Positions 23,981 through 37,150 of a stretch of 51,210 nucleotides of DNA are shown here, one piece after another. Under the pieces are notes generated by a model that was not told where the DNA came from, searched no databases, and was given only the letters and a program-made list of their open reading frames with translations. Origin of the DNA: Octopus bimaculoides. Taxonomy: Eukaryota. Position 1 is the stretch's first letter; every line of letters begins with the position of its first letter. The stretch covers positions 58,509,652-58,560,861 of the forward strand of contig NC_068985.1 of assembly GCF_001194135.2 (NCBI RefSeq), read 5' to 3'. The position numbers and the translations under genes are program-made.

Positions 23981-25529
23981 CGTGTGTGTATGTGCATGCG
24001 CGCGGGTGCATTTGTATATATACAGGCATATGCAGGTATACATACATGATTTTGCCGCGTGTATGTTTGCCTGCGTGTACGTGTATATGTATCGGTTAGT
24101 ATTTAGATGTTGGTAGTTACAATGCGTTATATATAACATAAAGAATAATAAACGTGAATTTCGAGTAGTAATTTGGAAGTTATTTGCAAGTTCCTTTTAT
24201 GAATGAGAGAAAGAAACTAAAAGAAGTAGAGACTGATTCCTCAGAAGGGAAATAGAGAGAGAGATGGAGATGGAAATCATATTTAGTAATAAATTGGAAA
24301 TATTTTCCTGTAGACATATCACTTAATTAAAACAGAGCAGCAACAATAGAAATAGATAAGAAAATACAATTATTTACTTCAAAACTTTAATGAAATATTA
24401 TAGATTTTATATTCTGTTATTTACAAATTAAATTTAATCGCATAGATTATACGTATTAAGGTTTGAATTTCAGTAATTAAAATGAAACTTCTAAGTAAAT
24501 GTAATAATATAATATTATTAGAACACCATTACATTAAAATAACTTTTTCCAGAAATATGACTGAAAGCCATGTCTCTATTTTCACACATAAACTCACATG
24601 CATATANNNNNNNNNNNNNNNNNNNNNNNNNNNNNNNNNNNNNNNNNNNNNNNNNNNNNNNNNNNNNNNNNNNNNNNNNNNNNNNNNNNNNNNNNNNNNN
24701 NNNNNNNNNNNNNNNNNNNNNNNNNNNNNNNNNNNNNNNNNNNNNNNNNNNNNNNNNNNNNNNNNNNNNNNNNNNNNNNNNNNNNNNNNNNNNNNNNNNN
24801 NNNNNNNNNNNNNNNNNNNNATTGGTATTTCTACAAAATATAAAGTGTTTGTTGAACTACTGAGATAAATTTTTTCAATATATCTGCTGTTAGACTAAAG
24901 GACGAACTTATTTTGAAACGTCATTTTATTTAATCTAGTGTTCTTTGCATTTTGCTATTTTTACGAAAGCGCTTCAAAACGTTTACGCAATGTGGCACCT
25001 CTGTTGAAATTTCACTATTATAAATAAATTAATTTTATAATGTAATATTTACAATTACGATGTTTTGTCTCTATATGTTAACTGTCGATATAATGGTTGA
25101 CTGATTATTTGGGATTTCGTTTTTCCAGTCACGTTTTACATTGTGAAAAAGCTCTGCAAAGAGACTTGATATAGAGGGTTTGGAACGAGTGCAGATACTA
25201 GATTTCGTGGCAGGCAGTGTATAAAGGAACGCAATACACACACAGTGACAGACAAATGTTGATAAAGGCTAACGAGAGAGTGAAAAATGTAAAGGAGAAG
25301 GAGCAAATGACCGAGCAGTTATGGGAGTGTTATACAAATAAGAAATGAACCTTATTTAATTTTATTTTAAAGTAATAAATACATTTCTTCAGGAACTGTT
25401 ATATCGCACGTTCGGATGGTGTACCTTTGCCAATGACATTCCGCTACTCAGCTACCGAACTCTCACTTCCGACGACTCAACTCCACACAACTCGACGTCT
25501 AGTGTACCGACGACTCGCTCTACACTTTC

Positions 25530-27180
25530 TCTTTATTATAGGCATATAGCCTTTTTTTATAGAACGGATATTACAAAGACAAACAGGGGAGACATAAAAT
25601 GATTAACGAATGAATTATGAAGTATGAAATTATGATAATGAAATAGCTTTCTACCCACCAAGGAAGAAAGTCCTATTTTACTGTTTTTATAATCAATCAT
25701 TTTGTCCATGTTTATATTGCCTAAGGTATTAAATTTTCATACATTACCACTGGTGGAAATTCATCATATTGAAACTGCTTTCTTGTAGTTTTCACTCTGC
25801 TTCCAAATGTCTCTTTTAATCTCGCCGTTCTTTCGTTTTCCAGTAGCACCGCTTTCATAATATTGTTCTCTTCATTATCTGCTGATTTCACTCTTATTAT
25901 ACTATTCATTTTTGCTATACGCTTTTCCATTTCCACACTTTTCTTGTACACCATTTACACTCGTTCATGTTTTTCTTTGCGTGGCTTTCTCGGCTGTATT
26001 TCTTCATAATCTACCGGTGTCTCCATTTATGTTTGTTGTTCGTTTTCTTGTCTCTTCTGGCCTTCCTCCTCCTTACTCGTTGAAGGTTCCGACTCTTGAG
26101 TTTCACTCTCCGTTGCTTCCTCATTTCTTCTTTTCTCTTCTTTCTTTTCTTCCGCCTTGCTTTTCTTTTTCGGTGGAGATTCGCTATTTCCTTTCTTCCC
26201 CACGAATGTACATTTATTTCCTTCTCCGATATTACATTCACTTCTATTTGATGCTCTTGCTCCACCACATCCTGTTCGTGTTTGTGGGGACACTTTGCCT
26301 TCATGTGCCCTCTTACTCCACATTGGAAGCATATTGTTGGTCTACCCTCCACCATGACTCTTAGTCTGGTCTCATCGGGCAGGACTATCTCGTCTATCAT
26401 TTTGTAGAGGTCAGGCAGGCTGATAAGTATCATTACTTCTAGGCCATAACCACATCAGTTGACCTCCGCTGTCTTGAATATTTTTAATATCTCTACTTTC
26501 TCCTCTGTATTGTAAGAGGATGGCTGCTACAAGCCAGTCTTCGTTAATTTCGGGTGGCACTCTTCCTATCCTCACTCTGTCTGCAGTAAGTAGGCAAGAG
26601 TGCCCACTGTGCCGATTTCAAAGCTACGGTGGAGTACTTCTTTGCTTCGTTCTCCTTAACGAAGCGTAGCTCCACCGTGCCAAATTTTCGTCCTCTGTTA
26701 TAGAATGTCGTCACATTTTTTTACTTCTTTTAAGCATTTCTCTACCTCTTCAGCGCCTGCTATTTCCACCTTCCTTGTTGCTATGTTCAATGTACTAAAA
26801 GGAATGATTTTTCTCTTTGTCTTCTCTGTTATTTCATTGGGTGGGGTGTCAGTCTCAAACATCCTCCTTCCTTATTCAACATGTTAGGGTTAGGGTTAGG
26901 GTTAGGGTTAGGTTTTGTAATCAATATCTTTCACTTCTAGTTCCTATATTTGCAGTAGCTCCGCTATCAGGCTTTTGCCTGTCACCGCAGCATAACTCCC
27001 GATCTGGGTCTGCGTGTTCATAATTTCGTTATTTACTGCTTCACCCATAAATGGGGAAGCCAAGCTAATTTTCAAGGAATTCAAAAATTACAAATTCAGC
27101 AATCACAATTTCAACAATTCAGCAATTCAGTTAAACAAATCAACAACTCACATGTGAGTGAAATCAACACACAAAAAAAT
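25530..27180 (-). mobile_element. ORF1/gag-only retroelement, copy 1 (HAL1-like), degenerate
   Basis: ATG at 27021 (MNTQTQIGSYAAVTG), RRM-like region (GRKFGTVELRF), CCHC knuckle CFQCGVRGHMKAKC, K/E-rich spacer, stop after DEFPPVVMYENLIP at 25721, ~190-bp 3' UTR with AATAAA. No RT. Confidence 0.7.
26883..26912 (+). repeat. Short interstitial telomeric sequence G(TTAGGG)4TTAGG
   Basis: Perfect hexamer repeats, absent from the homologous site of copy 2 (~28650). Confidence 0.9.
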
Positions 27181-27184
27181 ATTT

Positions 27185-28765
27185 CTCTTTCTTATAGGCA
27201 TATAGCCTTTTTTAAAAAAATGGAGATTGCAAAGATAGACAACACAATCGTGGGGTACATTGGATGATCTTCGAATGAATTATGAAGTGTAAAATGATGA
27301 TAATGAAATCGTTTTCTATCCTCCGTAGTAGAAAGTCCCATTTTACTGTTTTTAAGATCAATAATGTTGTCCTGTTTGTGTCATGTTTATATTCCATAAG
27401 GTATTAAGTCTTCATTCATTATCACTGGTGGCAATACATCACACCGAAACCGCCCCCGTGCACCCACTATTCCTCTTCCAAACAATTCTTCCAGCTCCGC
27501 CGAACCCTCCGACCACCCCNNNNNNNNNNNNNNNNNNNNNNNNNNNNNNNNNNNNNNNNNNNNNNNNNNNNNNNNNNNNNNNNNNNNNNNNNNNNNNNNN
27601 NNNNNNNNNNNNNNNNNNNNNNNNNNNNNNNNNNNNNNNNNNNNNNNNNNNNNNNNNNNNNNNNNNNNNNNNNNNNNNNNNNNNNNNNNNNNNNNNNNNN
27701 NNNNNNNNNNNNNNNNNNNNNNNNNNNNNNNNNNNNNNNNNNNNNNNNNNNNNNNNNNNNNNNNNNNNNNNNNNNNNNNNNNNNNNNNNNNNNNNNNNNN
27801 NNNNNNNNNNNNNNNNNNNNNNNNNNNNNNNNNNNNNNNNNNNNNNNNNNNNNNNNNNNNNNNNNNNNNNNNNNNNNNNNNNNNNNNNNNNNNNNNNNNN
27901 NNNNNNNNNNNNNNNNNNNNNNNNNNNNNNNNNNNNNNNNNNNNNNNNNNNNNNNNNNNNNNNNNNNNNNNNNNNNNNNNNNNNNNNNNNNNNNNNNNNN
28001 NNNNNNNNNNNNNNNNNNNNNNNNNNNNNNNNNNNNNNNNNNNNNNNNNNNNNNNNNNNNNNNNNNNNNNNNNNNNNNNNNNNNNNNNNNNNNNNNNNNN
28101 NNNNNNNNNNNNNNNNNNNNNNNNNNNNNNNNNNNNNNNNNNNNNNNNNNNNNNNNNNNNNNNNNNNNNNNNNNNNNNNNNNNNNNNNNNNNNNNNNNNN
28201 NNNNNNNNNNNNNNNNNNNNNNNNNNNNNNNNNNNNNNNNNNNNNNNNNNNNNNNNNNNNNNNNNGTCTGCGTTATAGAGTATGGCTGCCACGAGCCAGT
28301 TTTTGATAATTTCGGGTGGCACTCTCCCTATTCTCACTCGGGCTGCACGTCTTCCACAGTAAGTAGGCAAGAGTGCCCAGTGTGCCGATTTCAAGGCTAC
28401 GGTGGAGTACTTCTTTACTCCATTCTCATTAACGAAGCGCACCTCCACCGTGCCAAATTTTCGTCCTATGTTATAAAATATTATCACTTCTTTTACGTCC
28501 TTTAAACATTCCTGCTTCTTCAACTCCTGCTACTTCCACCTTCCTTGTCGCTACATTTAACGTTTTGTGCGTAATTATTTTCCTTTCTGTTTTCTCTGTT
28601 ATTTGGTGTCAGTGGTGTCAGCTGTACACATCCTCCTTCTTTCTTCAGCAAGGTATTGAATTTCTTATAGTCTATATGCTTCACTTCCAATTCTTTTATC
28701 TGCAGTAGCTCAGTTGTTAGGCCTTCGCCTGTCACTGCAGCACAATTGCCTGTCTTGATTTGCTG
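27185..28765 (-). mobile_element. ORF1/gag-only retroelement, copy 2, tandem with copy 1, centre in a gap
   Basis: NCAAVTGEGLTTELLQIKELEVK, GRKFGTVEVRFVNEN...STVALKSAHWALLPTYC, C-terminal DVLPPVIMNEDLIPYGI*, and the same 3' end (ctataagaaagagaa) as copy 1. Confidence 0.7.
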
Positions 28766-29372
28766 AGAAATTAAATATAAGGTAAATTATAATTATTCCA
28801 TGTAAATAATATTTTCTGATATTACACTTGTTAGCAAAAATATGCTTCCTAAATTACCAGTTATACGATCCATAACACATTAGTATATAAATATTGTATA
28901 ATTTCGAGTTTATAATTTACAGTGAGGAGGTTGACAGTGAACGAAAAGATCATGCTTGATACACGTACTGCAGTTAGAAGAAATTGAAGGTTCCCTATCC
29001 TCAAGGAGGATAAAAATGTCCAAAACAGAGCGCTGCTAGAGAGGAGCATATGTGGCAATAGCAGAATGTACAAGAAATCATTATCACTTTAGCGGCACCA
29101 GTTGCATCAGCTGAAGTGGCAAGTTTCAACTGGTTTTCAGTATCCAAAAATCACTTCCCACAATATTGCTAGCCTTGTCCTCAAAGCTACTGACCGACAG
29201 AATTGGTGGTGCGAGAACAAAAGGTTTAGGGGTCTCTCCTTCAAATTCGCCTATCATCTTTTTGGAGTCGATAATTTAGGTATTGCTAAAACATTGAGTT
29301 CAATGTGATTGACTAACACTTTGGCCTAAATTTCTTAGTCTTGAGTGATAATATCAATATATTATTACTGAG

Positions 29373-29375
<3 letters not shown>

Positions 29376-29445
<70 letters not shown>
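29376..29445. repeat. (AG)n microsatellite
   Basis: Direct reading. Confidence 0.95.
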
Positions 29446-29449
<4 letters not shown>

Positions 29450-30142
29450 AGAGAGGGCTAGAGAGAGAAGGAGACAGTGAAAGGGAGACTTTGTGTCACT
29501 TTTACAATCCGAAGGAACAAGTCGCAACTAACGTGATTTCGTAGCATTGAGTATATCTGGTATATATGGAGAGCATAAACTCCTGGAAAGCGGGGGCTTG
29601 TTTGCAATAAATATTTCTCTATAAGCTTTGTTATATAAAACCGTTTTCAGAAGATTCCGAATATTAGTAACTTTTATTATATAGCGATATAACATTAACA
29701 AGAAAAAAATATGTTTTATATCTTTTGGTGACGGAAACACAGCATAATAGATCATAAATAAAACACTTTCTAAATAACTCGATATAGCACACGTTTCACA
29801 AAATTCTACTCTTTTCGTAGTGATACACTAAAATTTTAAAATATATTGTTAAGAATATTCGGGCAGACGAGACCAAGTCTATTTACCTATTACCTGAATG
29901 ACAGTCCATATGTACATACATACATTACATACATGCATATATATGTGTGTGTATGTGTGTGTGCGTATATATCTATAAATACATACACATGTATATGTAT
30001 ATGTATATGTGAGTATGTACATGTATGCAAAATCTTCTCCAATTATATTGATAGATTACTGTGTGTATGTATAGGTGTATATGAATCACAGAAAACGATA
30101 AATCTTTTCAACCTTGTTTAGTTGTTCGGAAATTATTCATTG

Positions 30143-30185
<43 letters not shown>

Positions 30186-33100
30186 CGAATTTACCATACA
30201 CACCTCTGGATACACACAAGTATACTAATACGCAAAGAAACAACCGCATCACCACACAATATTATATATTCATATATGGACCACTTAAAGGCAAAATTAT
30301 CAGCAATAAATGAATTATTATCAAATGAAAAATACAAGACAATCCGTACATCAATTTGCATTCATCTGCACGATATGTTCATAACAAACCTATAAGTTTA
30401 TTTTATCATAATTTACTGCCATTAATGGCTTTTCTTCAGGAATGGCTTCTCTTAAGGAACCTTGGAGCATTCTAAGGACGCAGGGAGATGTGAAGGGCGA
30501 TAAATAATAGATATTAATGAAAAGAAAGGGCAAGAACATTGACCAGGAACTCTTGGACAATACTATTATACTTGAAACAAAAATAACTGCTACATTGTTG
30601 AAAACTCATTAAAAGTGAAACGTTCAACGAGTTATATAACGGAAATATATAAGGGAGACACAAACAAAGCGATACAAAATTATTAGATATTATAATTATA
30701 TGTTCGGATATACTAGTGTAAAGATGTACAGCTCTGTTAACAACTCCTACCTTATGTACATGCGCAAAAAATCTAAAATAACATGATTTATTGACAGGTA
30801 TACACACTTAATATACCTAAACATTTATGATAGTGTTGCCTTTACATAGTCGCTGCTGAATTAAAAAATTTCCTTGAGTGCGTGGGTTTCAGTGGAGAGA
30901 TAATTAGGTTGGGATCCTATGGAGACATGATTAGGAGATTTTTTTTTATTTACTACATATGGGGTTATGCTAGTTTTTAAAGTATTCATGGATGTATAAT
31001 ATTGTATACAAGGTGCCGGTGTTTCTATTTTGTTGGGCATGAAGTGTATGTGGCAGTATTTTTGTTGCTTTTTGTATTATTGTATTTAATTTTTTGGCTT
31101 TGACAAAGTAAAGCTTAAAAAGTAAACAGGTTCAGTATTTATGGTTTTTGTAATTAGGCGTGTCAGTCTTTTTACAAAAGACTATATAGGTAGGTAGGAA
31201 AATGGGATTTATTAGTCAGGTATGTCATGTCCTTGCTAGTATAGAAAATTGTTTCTCTTGTACTTTGATTTTCACAAAAGCATTTAGGTAAAGATTGTAT
31301 GTTCATATGTATATCTCTAAGTGTTTGTTCTTCTAAGGAATTTGATTAGTATATAGGAATTGTAACCTTTGTCTTTTATGAAGATAACGTTTGTTTCCTC
31401 TTTGTGTATAAAGTCTCTTCAAACATTCTGTTCTAGATATATACTAAAGTGGAGGCATCATACAAGGTGTGTATATATCCATATATGAAAATGGGAATAA
31501 GATGAAATTTAATAACAAACGGAAGAAGGAAACGGGTCTCCCATTTTATTATGTGTATGTATGTAGGCTTGTGTAGTTATAACATAATTTGTAAATTGTA
31601 TAGAATCAGTATGGTATATGATACCACTTGCTAAAATCAGAGTCAAGGCTCCAAAAGCACTATAAACTCACAATAAAGGTACACACGAGCAATGCAATGG
31701 ACATATTAGAAATAGGCTTAACTTTGCGTTGAATACATCAGTAAGTAATATATATTACAATACCAAATGATTTCACACTCTGCATGACTATTATACTCTG
31801 GGATCTTCAGTTGAAAAATAACATTTTAACATCTATTTCTAAAATATTCACTACATTAGCTCGTGTGCGTTCCTTACTTTAAACGTCCGCACCGCTTTTG
31901 ATAAAAATTCTTAAAATAACTCAAAAATCCACAAAAGCACTCAACTTAATGACTGACGATAGGAGTTAGGTCCCCAGCGTACATAACAGGATGGCCATTT
32001 TGGATTTGATGTAGACCATTTTGTAAATTCTATTAATTTTGCCTTAAGGTTCTAATTGATAATAAACCACCGTTTTGAAAATAAAGAGCATGTTTTCAAC
32101 GGAGTTCTTATAAGATTGACAGAGGTAAATAAGTTTAACCCTAGGCATTAGGAGTCGCTAATGNNNNNNNNNNNNNNNNNNNNNNNNNNNNNNNNNNNNN
32201 NNNNNNNNNNNNNNNNNNNNNNNNNNNNNNNNNNNNNNNNNNNNNNNNNNNNNNNNNNNNNNNNNNNNNNNNNNNNNNNNNNNNNNNNNNNNNNNNNNNN
32301 NNNNNNNNNNNNNNNNNNNNNNNNNNNNNNNNNNNNNNNNNNNNNNNNNNNNNNNNNNNNNNNNNNNNNNNNNNNNNNNNNNNNNNNNNNNNNNNNNNNN
32401 NNNNNNNNNNNNNNNNNNNNNNNNNNNNNNNNNNNNNNNATATATATATATAGATATATAGATATATACAGATAGGTAATACACACCCACATGTACACAT
32501 GCACTATATGCACAAACTGGGGCAGATACGAACCAAAGAGCCGATAACGTCACCTCACACGTACATACATACATGCATACATACATACTCACATACATAC
32601 ATACATACATACATAAGACACACATGCATATACACTAGATACGTCACGCTGTCGCTAGCAATTCTCATTTCGTCCTCAGGAAAGCAAGACATCCTTTCTG
32701 CAGTAGCGATAGCCATATTTAAGTACTTCAGTTGTGTAGTCTAATGAGCTTCGTTGGCTTAACAAGCCCAGGGAAACGGTAAGCTTTGTGGAATCGTATC
32801 AAACTGTTATATATACATTAATATTATACGCATATATCTATGCGTATATATAATAAGAGTGTAGCAAATTAGCGGTGTCTCGTCATGGCCTCAGCTTTCA
32901 GTTGAAACTGATAAGAAGAATTATAACGTGAATGATTAAAAACATACTTCAATAAATCAAAATGCTACAACATTACGGATTAATTCCACGTCCTGTTGAT
33001 ATGTCTGCGTTATTTCTTATTTCTTATTTAAAAGTCATAGTCTCATTTTTTTTTTAATGTACTACATATTACGGAAACCAGTCAGATGAAAATCTAAGTT

Positions 33101-33760
33101 TAACCTAAGCAGAGGTCTGCTTTCAGAAGTAAAATCCTTTCCCGTGGCTAAATTTCACTATCGCCAATCGTATTTTGTAGCTATCAAATATTGAGGTCAA
33201 TGTCATCTCTGGTGGTATTCTGATTTAATTAACAAGGGTATTCGTTTTGAATGAAATTTTAACTTTTCAATAGGGGTCTGAATTAGTGCTATATTGTTGT
33301 TGGATTTAGAACCAAGCAAAGTAACAATTACAAAAGTATAGCACACAAACCCTCATAACTGAACATACACAATTATATATACGCGTATACATGTGTGCAC
33401 GTATATATATGTGTGTCTGTGTGTGTACAGACATACATGCATAAATACATATATATATATATATATATGTAGATATGCAGGGCACGGAATCGTCAATTAG
33501 TAATAAAATTAATAATTAACAATTTTGCCGGGTAGCTCAGTATGAAAAAAACCTTTTTCGGTAAAAAAACATTTATAATCATAAATATATAGGGATTGAC
33601 AGTAACCTGCTTCTCCAACATACTGAGAATTCAGAAATAGCAGTCAAAGAACTACTGATTTCAAAACTACAAATTATTACTCTAGATTGATAGCGACATT
33701 TTTGATACACACAGAACAAAAAACAGTAGAGAAGAGTAAAAAAACACTTGCCTTTAGTTA

Positions 33761-33818
33761 ATTTAGTACGATCGTTTCACAGTTAAGAGTAAGGAATACT
33801 CTATTCTGATCTTCAGCT
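33761..33818 (-). ncRNA. Putative type I hammerhead ribozyme, 5' stem I truncated by an assembly gap
   Basis: Minus strand reads AG CTGAAGA T CAG AAT AGAGTA TTCCT TACTCT TAA CTG T GAAA CGATCG T A CTAAAT: intact core, bipartite stem II, palindromic ACGATCGT stem III, GUA site. Confidence 0.65.
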
Positions 33819-34335
33819 NNNNNNNNNNNNNNNNNNNNNNNNNNNNNNNNNNNNNNNNNNNNNNNNNNNNNNNNNNNNNNNNNNNNNNNNNNNNNNNNNN
33901 NNNNNNNNNNNNNNNNNNNNNNNNNNNNNNNNNNNNNNNNNNNNNNNNNNNNNNNNNNNNNNNNNNNNNNNNNNNNNNNNNNNNNNNNNNNNNNNNNNNN
34001 NNNNNNNNNNNNNNNNNNNNNNNNNNNNNNNNNNNNNNNNNNNNNNNNNNNNNNNNNNNNNNNNNNNNNNNNNNNNNNNNNNNNNNNNNNNNNNNNNNNN
34101 NNNNNNNNNNNNNNNNNNNNNNNNNNNNNNNNNNNNNNNNNNNNNNNNNNNNNNNNNNNNNNNNNNNNNNNNNNNNNNNNNNNNNNNNNNNNNNNNNNNN
34201 NNNNNNNNNNNNNNNNNNNNNNNNNNNNNNNNNNNNNNNNNNNNNNNNNNNNNNNNNNNNNNNNNNNNNNTATATGTGTGTGTGTGTGTGTGTGTGCGTG
34301 TGTGTGGGTGTGTGTGTGTATGTATGTATATATGT

Positions 34336-35010
34336 ATCAGGTCATATCATAAGTTCTGTCTGAATTTCGAATAAAGAAAACAAGTGATCAAAATTTGTAT
34401 TTAATTGAAATTTAATCATCAATGAACTTTTAATGTAAATCCCATCAATATAAAACTCTTTTGGTTTCAAAGTGAAGAACTTTGAAATGTCAGTTTCGAT
34501 CTCTTCCTGGCTTGCAAAAGTTATTTCCCCCAAATGATTCTGTAAACTACGTAACAAATGGTAGTCTGAAAGTGCAAGGTCGGGAGAATAAGGTGGATGA
34601 GCAATATTTTCCCAACCAACCTCTTCGATTTTCTGTGATTTTAACTTTGCAGTGTAGGCTCACGCATTGTCCTGATGAAACATCACTCCTTCCCGATTCA
34701 CTAAATCGGGGCTTTTTTCTTCAAAGCTTGGTTCAATTACTCTAATTCCTCGGTTCAATTACTCTAATTGCTGACAGCATTGATTGTTGCATCAGGTGGT
34801 AACAATTCAAAGTTAGTTACACCTTTGCAATCCAACCAGATTGAGAGAAGAACCTTTTTCCCATGAAGTTCCCTTCTCGTTTGCGGTTGAGCTATTTCCC
34901 TTTTACCAGGTCACTGTTTACAACATTTAACATTTCGATAGAAGATCCATTTTTCGTCACCAGTCACAAGTCTATCCAAAAAGGGTGAAATGAATTCGCG
35001 TGAATGGAGA
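34336..35010 (-). mobile_element. Degenerate mariner transposon, 3' part with TIR
   Basis: PFLDRLVTGDEKWIFY (~34940-34990), KKVLLSIW, RSLQNHLGEITFASQEEIETDISKFF; TIR-like tatcaggtcatatcataagttctgtc at 34336. Confidence 0.85.
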
Positions 35011-35581
35011 GAAGAGTTAGAAGTAAGAACGCTTGTTTACATAGAGTTATAAAGGGAGGGGGCTATAAACGCTATACTAAAGGTTTAAATTAAATGATTA
35101 AAATGGGGGGAGGAGGGCAACATAGATCACAGTAAAGTAAACTAAAGTCGTAAGCTAAATGTTAATTCAAAAGTGGAGAAACGGAGAGTTCTTACTTCTA
35201 ACGGTCACTTACTTGGCCATATAATATTATAACTCGTAAGTTACCTCATCATTTCGCATTTGTCTTGCTTTTATATGCTGGTTCCCTGACGATGAATATA
35301 TGTGGAATTCTAGCAGCTCTTACTTCTTTGGAGAAGTCTACACATATATTTTGAAATATATGTAGGAATTAAAGGAACATTTTATTTATATGCGTTTTGC
35401 TCCATTTATTGTAATTCATATCTACTCAAAATGCATCACTTTAACTTGGCATCTCCACCTATAAAAACGGGTGTGATATCCTGGTTTTTTGTGTGGTTTT
35501 TGCTACCCATGGTAATTATTAACATATTTACATTGTCAAGGTTATTTTAAACTGAGATAATATTAATATATACATAAACTG

Positions 35582-35614
<33 letters not shown>

Positions 35615-37052
35615 NNNNNNNNNNNNNNNNNNNNNNNNNNNNNNNNNNNNNNNNNNNNNNNNNNNNNNNNNNNNNNNNNNNNNNNNNNNNNNNNNNNNNN
35701 NNNNNNNNNNNNNNNNNNNNNNNNNNNNNNNNNNNNNNNNNNNNNNNNNNNNNNNNNNNNNNNNNNNNNNNNNNNNNNNNNNNNNNNNNNNNNNNNNNNN
35801 NNNNNNNNNNNNNNNNNNNNNNNNNNNNNNNNNNNTATATATATATACAAAGTCAGTTGGGAGTTTTGTCCAGAAAAGTTCTCAACACGAATACTGAGCT
35901 ATCAACACTGTCGATATCCATGCCAAATACTTATGGTGTAGAAATTCCAAGTTTCAAAACGATCAAAGTGTTTGACGAAGAGTAAATATTCCAATGAAAA
36001 GAAAAAGACAAAGAAAATTCTTTAACGCATCTTTCATTGGATTATATATATGTGTGTGTGCGCGCGCGTGTGTATACATACATGCATACATACAAACATA
36101 TATACATAGAGCTATATATATATGGGGGTGAGGTATGTGTGTATTTACGAATGCATATAAGTGTTCACTGCACTGACCATTTCCGTTGTGTATGTGGAAT
36201 ATCTTACCATATACACAGCGTAGCATATGTGTCTATGTTGCGTTACCTAGATTTCGCAGAAGTCGTTTTGTGAAGGATTCGAAATATTTGTTTTCTCATA
36301 AAGCAAAAAAATTAATAAATAAATAAAAATAAACAAATTTATCCGCAGTCCAAAAGACAGATTATTGGTGATTTAATGAAGGTATATTTTCTGAGAGCCT
36401 CCTTCATATCAGCTACATCAATTCTTTTTTTAAAGTAGTTTATATTGCTTTGTCGTTTGTCTTTTATTCAATTATGTATAGTTGTTTATATTTCCTTTTA
36501 TTCATTGTCGATCTCATTTTAAGAATTGGAAGATCTTCCCATTATTTTCCTACATTCCGTGTATGTTGGTTCTATTCGTTAATTGTCTGTGGTTAGTTGT
36601 TGTTTTTATACGAAATGTTTTCAGGTTGTGTATTGATTAGCTGGTTTATTCCACTCACATTGATGCTCACATCGCTTTGTTGTATGTCATTGTTAATGTA
36701 TTTTCAAAAGTATCATCATGAAATATTGTCCATGCTATGGTGCAGTTTTTCTGTTGGTCCATTGAGAGATCTGCCATCGACGTTTATTCATTACAGATCT
36801 TTACTGCTCCACGTTATTGTTGTTTTGAAACTATCCAATTATATATCATTTTTCGCCCCCTTACGTATTTCTCGTGTTTCATAACGAACATTGTTTCTAT
36901 GGTTTAGTTTCGCGTCTCATTTTATTGGTTAATAATCTGTAGGTAGGCGGCCGTTTCGCATTCCTATGGATTAGTTTCTCTTTTCTTTGAAAGTCATCAA
37001 CAGAAACCTTATATTTCTCTTTTTGATATTCTTTTTAACTTCAATCTTCTCC

Positions 37053-37150
<98 letters not shown>
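37053..37150. repeat. (TTA)n microsatellite abutting a gap
   Basis: Direct reading. Confidence 0.95.

Noticed and set aside
30860-31450. Possible highly decayed PLE RT-EN linker on the minus strand (DKGYNSYIL, NTGTLY)
   Set aside because: Only two weak motif echoes; needs a profile search.
32741-32785. Hammerhead-like CTAATGA-GCT...AGG-GAAACGGTA
   Set aside because: G5A in the core, broken stem II and no stem I; a relic at best.
35286-35320. CTGACGA-TGAAT...ATTC hammerhead-like start
   Set aside because: GAAA and the cleavage triplet are missing.
36400-37050. Possible retroelement coding relic next to (TTA)n
   Set aside because: No frame gave a motif I could assign with confidence.
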